A stretch of 64,000 nucleotides of DNA from the NCBI GenBank assembly GCA_040218735.1, contig JAVJQW010000067.1, positions 192,001 to 256,000 on the forward strand. Direction: 5' to 3'. The DNA comes from Deltaproteobacteria bacterium (GTDB lineage Bacteria > Myxococcota > Kuafuiibacteriia > Kuafuiibacteriales > Kuafuiibacteriaceae). The translations under genes were made by a program, and so were the position numbers. This document shows, in pieces, positions 32,810-41,326 of this stretch; positions within the stretch are counted from its first letter, which is position 1; each line of letters begins with the position of its first letter. The notes under the pieces were generated by a model. That model saw only the letters and a program-made list of their open reading frames with translations. It had not been told where the DNA came from and did no database searches.

Positions 32810-34024
32810 TCAGGGCCGAGCGAGCTGCGGTCGTGAGGCGGACAACGCGGAGCAGAGGGTCTTCGCGAGCGCGGCGCCGGCCCTCGCGTGCCCGAGCGCG
32901 TTCCAGTGGCCGGCGCCCAGGGTGCCGGAGCGCTCGAATCCATGAAGGTACGGGCCGTTCGGCTCGACCTCGGCCGCGAGCCGCGGCCCCAGCCCGAGGT
33001 AGCGAAGACCCCGGCGTCGTGAGAGTCGCGTGAGTCGTCGCTCGACCGCGAACAGATCCGCGATTCCACGACGCGCGATGAATTCATCCCGCACCGATGT
33101 GTCGGGCTGGACTTGGATGGGCGTCGAAACGCTCATCAGGAGAAAGTCGGCCCCCGCGGACCGTGCGAGCGAGCTCGTCGCGACGATCAGTCGCTCGGTG
33201 ACGGACCACGCATCGTTCCAGGCCGCCGAGGCGCTCGAACCGTAGATCGGATCCGCGATGATGCGGTTTGGCGCGGGCCACGTGCGTGGCCGCGGTCGGT
33301 TCCACGCGTTGATCGACGCGTTGACGAGCTGAAGCAGGCGCACCTCGTTGATGACCGCGTAGATCGAGCGACCGAGCAGGGACGCTCGCAGGCGGTACCC
33401 CGTGGTGGTGCGGAACGCGGCGTCCAGGATGAGGTTCCCGTCCTTCACGACGAAGTACGGACGTCTCGAACGCTCGGACAAGCTACGCACGCTGTCGCGT
33501 ACGTCGTTCTCCGCGAAGAACTGGAGCACCACGAAGTCGGGCGCGAATCGCAGCGCGTGGTGCTCGAGCATGAGGTACGCCTGGGCGGTCGAGAACCCCG
33601 ATACCCCGAAGCCGAGGACCTCGGGTCTGCGCCCCCGAAGCGCGGCACAGCTTCGAAGCCGGCGTTCGGCGACGCGCCAGTAGGTCTCGTCGAGATCGAC
33701 CTGGAGGGCCTCCGTGAAGGAGTCGCCGAGCACCGCGACACGAAAGACGTCGGCCCCGTGCGCGACGTCGACCTCGGGCCCGCGCAGCCCCCAGCGGTTG
33801 GTCTCGATGAACCCGTCCCCCTCGCGCCGGTCGTAGGCCTCGAGGTTTGGTCGCAGCTGCGCTCCGACGAACGGGTCGACCCGATAGAAGTTGGGGCGCG
33901 AGAAGCCGACCGAACGAAGGACGACCTCGACGAGGCCGGCCGAGAGGAAGAGGGAGCCGATGACGAGGGCGAGCGCCGTCATCGTCGGCCTGCGACCGCC
34001 GGGACCCGACGCGCTCACGGTCAC
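32810..34024 (-). CDS. Membrane-anchored SGNH/GDSL hydrolase-like protein
   Basis: 'NRWGLRG', block I LGDSF, GVSGFS, 'END', and GHWNALGH. Confidence 0.8.
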   Translation of the reverse strand: MTVSASGPGGRRPTMTALALVIGSLFLSAGLVEVVLRSVGFSRPNFYRVDPFVGAQLRPNLEAYDRREGDGFIETNRWGLRGPEVDVAHGADVFRVAVLGDSFTEALQVDLDETYWRVAERRLRSCAALRGRRPEVLGFGVSGFSTAQAYLMLEHHALRFAPDFVVLQFFAENDVRDSVRSLSERSRRPYFVVKDGNLILDAAFRTTTGYRLRASLLGRSIYAVINEVRLLQLVNASINAWNRPRPRTWPAPNRIIADPIYGSSASAAWNDAWSVTERLIVATSSLARSAGADFLLMSVSTPIQVQPDTSVRDEFIARRGIADLFAVERRLTRLSRRRGLRYLGLGPRLAAEVEPNGPYLHGFERSGTLGAGHWNALGHARAGAALAKTLCSALSASRPQLARP

Positions 34025-34084
34025 GGCGTGGCAGGTTCCGTCGTGCGCCTGCGGGTCGCAAGACCTGGCCGCGAGGCCGGTTCG

Positions 34085-34252
34085 CCGGGCAAGGAGCGAA
34101 GCGACGCGCAGGCGCGCGGAGCGCGGCGAAGGCCGGCAGGCGAACTTGTTCGCCGATAACCGGCAAGTCCGGGCAAGGAGCGAAGCGACGCGCAGGCGCG
34201 CGAAGCGCGGCGAAGGCCGGCAGGCGAACTTGTTCGCCGATAACCGGCAAGT
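34085..34252. repeat. 84-bp tandem repeat x2 (REP/BIME-like)
   Basis: Copies at 34085-34168 and 34169-34252 differ at one base. Internal hairpins are GGCGAAC/GTTCGCC and GCGC-GNA-GCGC. Confidence 0.9.
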
Positions 34253-35037
34253 CAGGCGGCGCGGGCGAGGCTCTCGAGGCGCTTCTTGATCTTCGCCTTC
34301 TTGCTGTAGACCGTGCTCACCGACACGCCCATCTCGTCGGCGATCGCGTCGGGGGCCATCGCCTCGACGAAGTACAGCTCGACGAAGCGGCGGTCGCGGG
34401 CCGAGAACTTCTCGAGCGCCTGGTCCACGAAGCGGCGCTGCTCGCGGTCGACGAGGTCGACGTCCGGGCCGTCCACCGGCGGCGCCACGCGCTCGAGCTC
34501 GGCGTCGAGCATCGGGTCGGTGCGGCGGCGGCGCTCCTTCCTGAGGAAGTCGTGCGCGGTCGAGGTCGCGATGACGCCGACCCAGCTCGACACCGAGCAG
34601 CCGCCGTCGACGCGGTACAGGCGCAGGCGCCGGTAGTCCTTGGCGACCATCTTCAGCGACGTCTCGGCGACGATGTCGGCGAGGTCGTCGTCCTGGAGGC
34701 GCACGCCCGAGCGGACGCAGACCCGCGAGACGCAGGCGACCATCAGGTTGCGGAACCGCTCCACGAAGACCTCGAACGCGATCGGGTCGCGGGTGAGGAC
34801 CCGCTCCAGCAGCGCGAGATCCTCGAGCTGCCCGAGCGCGGCACGGTGCGCGCGCTTGGCCCGACGCGTCTTCGGCGCGGGCTTGGCCTCGGCGCGGCGG
34901 CCCGGGTCAGGGCGCGGGATCGGCAGGTCCGGGTCGCTGTGGATCTTGTCGCGGAGCACCCAAGCGGGGGCGCGGTACTGGACGTCGGCGAGGGCGGCGA
35001 GCGGTGCGGAAGTCGGGATGCGTGCAACGGTAATCAT
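34252..35037 (-). CDS. ECF-type RNA polymerase sigma-70 factor
   Basis: Region 2 ('AFEVFVERF', 'DIVAET', 'SW..IATSTAHDFLRK') and region 4 HTH ('IADEMGVSVSTVYS'). GGAGG RBS. Confidence 0.9.
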   Translation of the reverse strand: MITVARIPTSAPLAALADVQYRAPAWVLRDKIHSDPDLPIPRPDPGRRAEAKPAPKTRRAKRAHRAALGQLEDLALLERVLTRDPIAFEVFVERFRNLMVACVSRVCVRSGVRLQDDDLADIVAETSLKMVAKDYRRLRLYRVDGGCSVSSWVGVIATSTAHDFLRKERRRRTDPMLDAELERVAPPVDGPDVDLVDREQRRFVDQALEKFSARDRRFVELYFVEAMAPDAIADEMGVSVSTVYSKKAKIKKRLESLARAA

Positions 35038-35079
35038 TTCGTCGGGTCCTCCTGGGGTCGCGTGACGCAACGAGACCAT

Positions 35080-35096
35080 TCCAAGTCGCGCGCCAA
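35080..35096 (-). promoter_or_regulatory. Putative sigma54 (-24/-12) promoter of the ECF sigma gene
   Basis: The minus strand reads TTGGCGCG-CGAC-TTGGA against consensus TGGCACG-N4-TTGCW. The -12 element is GG rather than GC. Confidence 0.5.
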
Positions 35097-35168
35097 CTTG
35101 AAACAGGCACCCAATCGTTCGAAATCATTGAAGACGTCGTTCGACGTGTTACGTGTCACATCGACAAC

Positions 35169-35413
35169 CTCGGAGAAAAAGATCCGCGCCTCGACGTACG
35201 GAATCGACCGTCGACCAGGGCGGGTTCGTACGGGGGTGGGCGTACAAAGCGCCAAGGGCACGGGATACCGAGGGATTTCGGCGCGAACCCCCCACCCTGG
35301 ACCCCCGGTGTGGTGGGGTCGTTCGGTCTCGGAGAAAAAGATCCGATCCGCCATCGAAACGCTAAGCCACTGAAATCATGGAACTCAACCCGGGTGCCGG
35401 ATTTTTTTTTCCG
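35169..35413. promoter_or_regulatory. Three CGGA-N8-TCCG palindromic boxes (35171, 35330, 35398): putative activator or operator sites
   Basis: CTCGGAGAAAAAGATCCG occurs identically twice. A third, inverted variant reads CGGATTTTTTTTTCCG. Confidence 0.6.
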
Positions 35414-35428
35414 GCTGGGGCCCGCGGG

Positions 35429-37258
35429 TCACTTCGGCCAGGGGATGCCGAGGCGCTCGATCTTCTTGTCGAGGGTGACCCGGCTGATCTGGAGCGCGTC
35501 CGCGACCGCGGTCTTCACGGCGCCGGTCCGCGCCATCGCCCGCAGGATCATCGCGCGCTCGAGGCGCTGGACCGCCTCCGCGAGGGTGTCGGCGCGCGCG
35601 GTCGCCGCGGCGGCGACGTCCCCGGCCGTCCACAGCTCGAGCGGAAGATCCTCGGGTCGAATCACGTCCCCGTCCGCGAGGATCACCAGCCGCTCCACGA
35701 GGTTTTCGAGCTCGCGCACGTTGCCCGGCCAGGTGTGGGAAGCGAGGAGGGTCTCCACCTCGGAGTCCAGGCGTTTGTCCGCGACGCCCCCCGCCCGACA
35801 GAACCGCGCGACGAACGCCCGCGCCAGCGGGACGACGTCCTCGGGCCGGCTGGCGAGCGGCGGCACGTCGAGGCGCACGACCGACAGCCGGAAGAACAGA
35901 TCCTCGCGGAAGTCCCCGCCCGCGACCGCCTCCTCCAACCGCCGCGAGGTCGCCGCGACGATCCGCACGTCGACCGGCGTCGGGCGGCTCGCCCCCACGC
36001 GGAACACGACCTTCTCCTGTAAGGCGCGCAACAGCTTCACCTGCGTGGCCCGCGTCGTGTCGCCGATCTCGTCGAGGAACAGCGTCCCGCCGTTGGCCGC
36101 TTCGAACAGCCCGACCTTGTCGCGCGACGCCCCGGTGAACGCGCCCTCCAGGTGACCGAACAGCTCCGACTCCTCGAGGGTGTCGACCAGCGCCCCGCAG
36201 TTCACCGCGACGAACGGTCCGTCCGCGCGCGGCGAGCTCGTGTGCACCGTCCTCGCCACGACCTCCTTGCCGGCGCCGGTCGGGCCCGTGATCAACACCG
36301 TCGCCTCCGCGCTCGCCGCGCGCCGCGCCTGGTCGAGCACCCGCTTCATCGCGGCGCTCTCGGCGATCACGGCCGGCGCCTCCACCCGGTGCCGCGACTT
36401 CGCGCGGCGCGCCGCTTCGCCGAGGCCGTCCTGCGCGAGGCACACCAACGCCAGCACGTTGGCGAGCGGGACGAGCGCGTCGAGCGCGTCGTCGGCAAAC
36501 GGACGGCTCGCGCCGAGGTGCACGAGGCCCACCACCGATCCCGACGCCACCAGCGGCGCCGCGAGCAACGCCCGGACGCCCCCCGCCGCGAGGCTCACGC
36601 CCCCCTCGAACCGCCGATCCTCCGCCGCGTTCGCGGAGGCGATCGCGCACCGCTCCTCGAAGACCCGCTCCACCACGGTGCGACTCACGGTGATCGGCCC
36701 CGGTCCGTAGCTCGCCTTCACCGCCCGCGCGGCGCCGCTCCCCACGAGAACGAACGCTCGCTCGGCGGAGAAGTGCTCGGCGATCGACTTCAACCCGAAG
36801 CCCAGCAGGTCCTCCCCCTCCGACAACGCCGAGGCGAGCCGGCCGAGGAGCACGGCGGCGGTGCGGTCGGCGCGGTCCGAGGTCTCGCTGCCGTCGACCG
36901 CGACGACCTGGTCGTGGCGTGTCGCCGCGCCGTCGTCGACGATCACGTCGGCGCCCTCACCGCGCACGTAGTCGAGGCTCGGTTCGAAGGCGAACGTCGT
37001 CGCGCCGATGCCGATCAGGTCGCCGGGCGCCAAGCGCTTCTTGCCTTCGAGGGGGGCGCCGTCGACCACCGTCCCGTTGGCGCTGTCGAGGTCCTCGATC
37101 GTGAAGCCGTCGTCGGCGCGGATCACCGCGTGGCGACGGGAGACCGCGTCGTCGAGGAGCTGGATCGTGCAGTCGCTCGCGCGCCCGATCGTCGTCTCGT
37201 CCTCGAGCGTGTACCGGATGCCCGCGGCGCGGCCGGTGAGCGCGAGGAGCACCGTCAC
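35429..37258 (-). CDS. FHA-GAF-AAA+-HTH sigma54-dependent transcriptional activator
   Basis: FHA (IGR, VSRRHA, SANGT), a GAF-like segment, GPTGAGKE, GAFTGA, LFLDEIG, WPGNVREL, Fis-type HTH. Confidence 0.93.
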   Translation of the reverse strand: MTVLLALTGRAAGIRYTLEDETTIGRASDCTIQLLDDAVSRRHAVIRADDGFTIEDLDSANGTVVDGAPLEGKKRLAPGDLIGIGATTFAFEPSLDYVRGEGADVIVDDGAATRHDQVVAVDGSETSDRADRTAAVLLGRLASALSEGEDLLGFGLKSIAEHFSAERAFVLVGSGAARAVKASYGPGPITVSRTVVERVFEERCAIASANAAEDRRFEGGVSLAAGGVRALLAAPLVASGSVVGLVHLGASRPFADDALDALVPLANVLALVCLAQDGLGEAARRAKSRHRVEAPAVIAESAAMKRVLDQARRAASAEATVLITGPTGAGKEVVARTVHTSSPRADGPFVAVNCGALVDTLEESELFGHLEGAFTGASRDKVGLFEAANGGTLFLDEIGDTTRATQVKLLRALQEKVVFRVGASRPTPVDVRIVAATSRRLEEAVAGGDFREDLFFRLSVVRLDVPPLASRPEDVVPLARAFVARFCRAGGVADKRLDSEVETLLASHTWPGNVRELENLVERLVILADGDVIRPEDLPLELWTAGDVAAAATARADTLAEAVQRLERAMILRAMARTGAVKTAVADALQISRVTLDKKIERLGIPWPK

Positions 37259-38712
37259 CCGTCGCCCTCCGGGAGCTCGTCGACCTCTTTGGGAGGCTCC
37301 GGAGCGGGCGTCACCTCGGGGAGCGGTGGTGCGGGCGGAGGCGCCTCCTCGCGCACGAGCGGCGGCGGCGGATCAGACACCGGGGCCTCCTCCAGCTCGT
37401 AGCGCAGCGTCAGCCCCATCACGAAGATCGCCCCGCCCGCCGAGAAGTCACCGACGGGGTCGTTCCGATCCACCTTCTGATAACGCCGCTGCGGGACGTA
37501 GTGCAGCGCGCCGCCGAGATCGATGATCAGCGGGTTCTCGAGCGCGCCGAGCGGATCGAGGAACCGAACACCCGCCCCGAGCGAGAAGATGTGCGCGGTG
37601 GCGTCGACGTAGTTCGTCCCGGTCGTCTGCTGCGGCGCCGGCGACGGCCGCACCGCGTACCCGCCGCGCAGCCCGAACGGACCGATGCGCTGCTCCGCCC
37701 CGAACCGCGCGGTGAGGGTGTTGCGGAACGCGAGGTCCACCGCCCGCTCCTGCCCCGGTGCCGGCGTGTCGAGCGCGTTGTCGAGGCCGGTCCCTTCGAT
37801 GAGGTCGCCGCCGACGTCGATCGACGAGGTCACCGACGGGTCCGGCGCGCCCGACCACATCGCGTAGACGAGGTCCGCGCCGAAGAGCAGATCGATCGAC
37901 TCCAACAGGTACGCGATCCCGAACGTGAGCTGGTGCGGCGTGTACTGCACGTTGAACTGCGTCGCGACGTACAGGTCCGCGACGCCCGTAATCCGCACGT
38001 CGACCGGCAACACCACGTCCGACTGGATCGACGCGCGGTACGAAGCCCCGACCCGAAGACCGTCGAACGGGCGCGCCTCGATCCCCAACATCGGCGACGC
38101 GATCGGCGAGATGTCGAACGTCACCGACTTCTGCGAGAACCGCCCCGCCACCACGTCGAGCTCGTAGAGCAGCTCCCCCTCCAGGCCCGCGAGGATCTGC
38201 ACCCCGGCGCCGATCGAGAGCCACTCCACCGGAAGCGCCGCGATGCCGAGCGTCGCGACGATGCGCCGCGGGAGCGACTGGTACATGTACCAGTGCGGTG
38301 TCGCCGGATCGAGCGCCTGTCCATTCAGTAGACTGTCCGTCGGGACGTTCAGCGCAAGCCCCGCGACGACGCGGTTCCGGAAGCGCTGCCCGCCCATCGG
38401 GAACACCGCGCCGAACGTGATGCTGTTCGCGCTCGGCGGGTTGAGCTCCGCGACCTCGCGCTCCGCCTTCTCGAACTCGAAGGACAGCGCCGGCCGCGCG
38501 AGCATCAAGCCGAACCCGAAGCCGGGCTCGTCGGCGATCGTGAGCGCCGCGGGGTTGTAGTAGACGGCCGTGAAGTCGTCGGCCATCGCGGTGTGCGCGT
38601 TGCCCATCGCGATCGCGCGCCCGTTGAAGCCGAAGAGGTCCCAGGGGTTCGCGTGGGCGGTCGCCGGGACCAGCACCAGCGCGAGGGCGACCGCGTACCT
38701 CACCGGCCGCAT
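37255..38712 (-). CDS. OmpP1/FadL-family outer-membrane transporter with Pro-rich C-terminal tail
   Basis: 'RAIAMGNAHTAMADDFTAVYYNPAALT' is the FadL hatch motif (NPA). The start may be the GTG at 38703. Confidence 0.85.
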   Translation of the reverse strand: MRPVRYAVALALVLVPATAHANPWDLFGFNGRAIAMGNAHTAMADDFTAVYYNPAALTIADEPGFGFGLMLARPALSFEFEKAEREVAELNPPSANSITFGAVFPMGGQRFRNRVVAGLALNVPTDSLLNGQALDPATPHWYMYQSLPRRIVATLGIAALPVEWLSIGAGVQILAGLEGELLYELDVVAGRFSQKSVTFDISPIASPMLGIEARPFDGLRVGASYRASIQSDVVLPVDVRITGVADLYVATQFNVQYTPHQLTFGIAYLLESIDLLFGADLVYAMWSGAPDPSVTSSIDVGGDLIEGTGLDNALDTPAPGQERAVDLAFRNTLTARFGAEQRIGPFGLRGGYAVRPSPAPQQTTGTNYVDATAHIFSLGAGVRFLDPLGALENPLIIDLGGALHYVPQRRYQKVDRNDPVGDFSAGGAIFVMGLTLRYELEEAPVSDPPPPLVREEAPPPAPPLPEVTPAPEPPKEVDELPEGDG

Positions 38713-39863
38713 CCGTCGAGGAGCGTCACGACCCCCTCTAGCAGCTCGGTGACCACCTCGTCCTCGAACAGCTCCACGAGCACCGGGACGATCGCCTCGG
38801 CGTCGGGTGTGGACAGCAGGATCACGAGGAGCTCCCGGAGGTCGTCGCGGAGCGTGAGGTCCGTGCGGACGATGAAGACGACGTCCGCGAGCAGCTCGAG
38901 CTCACCGACGACCGCCTCGCTGGAGAGGAAGTCGGCGCCTTCGAGGATCGTCTCCAACCCGACGCGCTCCGCGAACACGAGGTCGTACAGAAAGCCGATG
39001 ATCGCGTTGCGCTGCGCCTGGTGCTGATTCCCGCAGCGCATCGCCCCCTGCAGCGGCACGAGGATGTTCGCCTCCGGTTGCGTGACCTCGTCCAGCAGCG
39101 CCACGAACCGGCGGATGCGCGTCTCGAGGCTCGCGTCGACGTTCGGATAGACCGCGCTGTCGAGGAGCGTCTCCACGCGCGAAATCGCGAAGTCCTCGTC
39201 CGCGACGAACTGCATGATCTGGCCGATCAGGTTGACGATCGCCGGCCGCCCCGCCTCCGCGTTGCGCTCGAACTGCGTGAGGAACTCGTCGAGCATCGGG
39301 TCGCCGAGGAGGAGCTGCACCTCGTCGAGCAGCGCGACGATCCACGGCCCGCCGGTCGACGGCGACTCGAACCGCAGCAGCATCTCGATCGCCGTGAGGA
39401 GGTGGTCGGGGTTACAGACCCGAACGAAGTGCGCCCCGGCGTCGAGCGCCTCGTAGCGCGCCTGGCCGTCGAGGCGACCGTCCACGAACTCCAGCGCCAG
39501 GACGACCAACGGCCCGAGCTGCGACTCGACCTGCTCACTCGCCGCGAGGTGCGCGACGTACGCGGTGTCGCTCAGCCCGAGCTGCTTCACCAGCCTCAGG
39601 AGCGCGTCGACGATCGTTCGAAACGAAGGGTCGGGCTGCGGGTTGGCGTCCGACGGGAGGAACCGGGCCTCGAGGACCTCGCGCAGCGGCGCGAAGCGAT
39701 CCTCGCGCACGAACGCGAGCAGCTTCGGGAACACCGACTCCGTCGTCCCGCACGCCCCGACCTGCGTGGGGGCGTCGACCGGCGGCGCGGCGCGGTCCGT
39801 ATCGAGATTGCAGGACGGCACGAACAGCGCCGCCACACACAACACGATCGCTGGCCTCCCCAT
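38700..39863 (-). CDS. Hypothetical alpha-helical lipoprotein
   Basis: MGRPAIVLCVAALFVPSC lipobox-like signal and Leu-rich helical composition. The stop overlaps the FadL start. Confidence 0.7.
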   Translation of the reverse strand: MGRPAIVLCVAALFVPSCNLDTDRAAPPVDAPTQVGACGTTESVFPKLLAFVREDRFAPLREVLEARFLPSDANPQPDPSFRTIVDALLRLVKQLGLSDTAYVAHLAASEQVESQLGPLVVLALEFVDGRLDGQARYEALDAGAHFVRVCNPDHLLTAIEMLLRFESPSTGGPWIVALLDEVQLLLGDPMLDEFLTQFERNAEAGRPAIVNLIGQIMQFVADEDFAISRVETLLDSAVYPNVDASLETRIRRFVALLDEVTQPEANILVPLQGAMRCGNQHQAQRNAIIGFLYDLVFAERVGLETILEGADFLSSEAVVGELELLADVVFIVRTDLTLRDDLRELLVILLSTPDAEAIVPVLVELFEDEVVTELLEGVVTLLDGCGR

Positions 39864-39955
39864 TCCGCGCACGGAAGCGTGCACCCAACACGCGCTTCGA
39901 TTCGCGGTCAACCGACACTCGACGGGCGTTCTTCACAGCGCTACCGTCCGCCGCG

Positions 39956-41326
39956 ATGAAGCAAACACCGAGGTGGGTGTGGGCGGCGTTGCTGGCCGTG
40001 ACGGCCTGCAAGACGACGCAGACGAACGGTGGCGGCGGCGAAGACGCCGACATCGCGATCCCGCACGAGAAGTACATGCTCGACAACGGGCTGGAGGTCA
40101 TCCTCCACCAGGACAACCGGCTGCCGTTGGTCGCCGTGAGCATCTGGTATCACGTCGGTGCGATCGACGAGGTGAAGGGCCGCTCCGGCTTCGCGCACCT
40201 GTTCGAGCACATGATGTTCCAGGCGTCGCCGCACGTCGGCGAGGATCAGTTCTTCAAGATCCTGGAGCAGATCGGCGGCACGTCGATCAACGGGACGACG
40301 AACTACGACCGCACGAACTACTTCGAGACGGTGCCGTCGCACGAGCTCGAGACGGTGCTGTGGATGGAGTCGGACCGGATGGGTTTCCTGCTCTCGTCGC
40401 TGACGAAGAAGGCGCTCGACGTGCAGATCGGCGTGGTCCAGAACGAGCGCCGGCAGTCCGTCGAAAACCGCGAGTACGGCCTGATGAACGAGGCCCTCAC
40501 GAAGGCGCTGTACCCCGAGCCGCACCCGTACAACGGCGTGGTCATCGGCTCGATGGAGGACATCGCGGCGGCGACGCTCGACGACGTCCGCGACTTCTTC
40601 CGGACCTACTACACCCCGGCGAACGCCACGCTGACCATCGCGGGTGACTTCGAGACCGCGGAGGCGAAGGCGCTGGTGACGAAGTACTTCGGCTCGCTGA
40701 AGGGCAAGGCGAAGCCGCCGCGGCGCGACATCCCGGCGCCGCCGGTGAAGGCGCAGCGGATCGAGTTCGAGGAGCCGGTCGCGAAGCTGCCGAAGATCTC
40801 GATCGCGTGGCGCGGGCCGTCGTCGTTCGAGGACGACACGGCGGCGCTGGACCTGCTGTCGCACGTCATCTCGGGGACGCGCTCGTCGCGCCTCGACAAA
40901 CGCGTCTCGCACGATGAGCAGATCGCGCAGAGCGTGACCGCGTACTTCCAGGAGCACGCGTCGGGCGGCGTCTTCGAGATCGATCTCGTCACGCGCCCCG
41001 ACCGCACCCTCGCGGAGGCGGAGGCGGCGATCGAGGAGGTCCTCGCGGACCTCGTGAAGAACCCGCCCACGGAGGAGGAGCTGAAGCGCGCCAAGAACTC
41101 GCAGCTGACGCAGATCGTCCGCGGGCTCGAGCAGCTCGGCGGCTTCGGCGGTCGCGCCGAGCGGCTGCAGGTCTACAACCACTACCTGGGCGACCCGTCG
41201 CGGGTCGCGTGGGATCTGGAGCGCTTTGCGAAGGTCACGGTCGCGGACCTCGTGCGCGTGCAGAAGAAGTACCTGACGGACCAACGCATCACGATCCTCG
41301 CGACGCCGAAGGGAGCCACCGAATGA
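39956..41326 (+). CDS. M16B zinc protease, catalytic subunit (lipoprotein)
   Basis: Inverted zincin motif HLFEH, NGTTNYDRTNYFE, VVQNERR, and lipobox VTAC. Confidence 0.93.
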   Translation: MKQTPRWVWAALLAVTACKTTQTNGGGGEDADIAIPHEKYMLDNGLEVILHQDNRLPLVAVSIWYHVGAIDEVKGRSGFAHLFEHMMFQASPHVGEDQFFKILEQIGGTSINGTTNYDRTNYFETVPSHELETVLWMESDRMGFLLSSLTKKALDVQIGVVQNERRQSVENREYGLMNEALTKALYPEPHPYNGVVIGSMEDIAAATLDDVRDFFRTYYTPANATLTIAGDFETAEAKALVTKYFGSLKGKAKPPRRDIPAPPVKAQRIEFEEPVAKLPKISIAWRGPSSFEDDTAALDLLSHVISGTRSSRLDKRVSHDEQIAQSVTAYFQEHASGGVFEIDLVTRPDRTLAEAEAAIEEVLADLVKNPPTEEELKRAKNSQLTQIVRGLEQLGGFGGRAERLQVYNHYLGDPSRVAWDLERFAKVTVADLVRVQKKYLTDQRITILATPKGATE

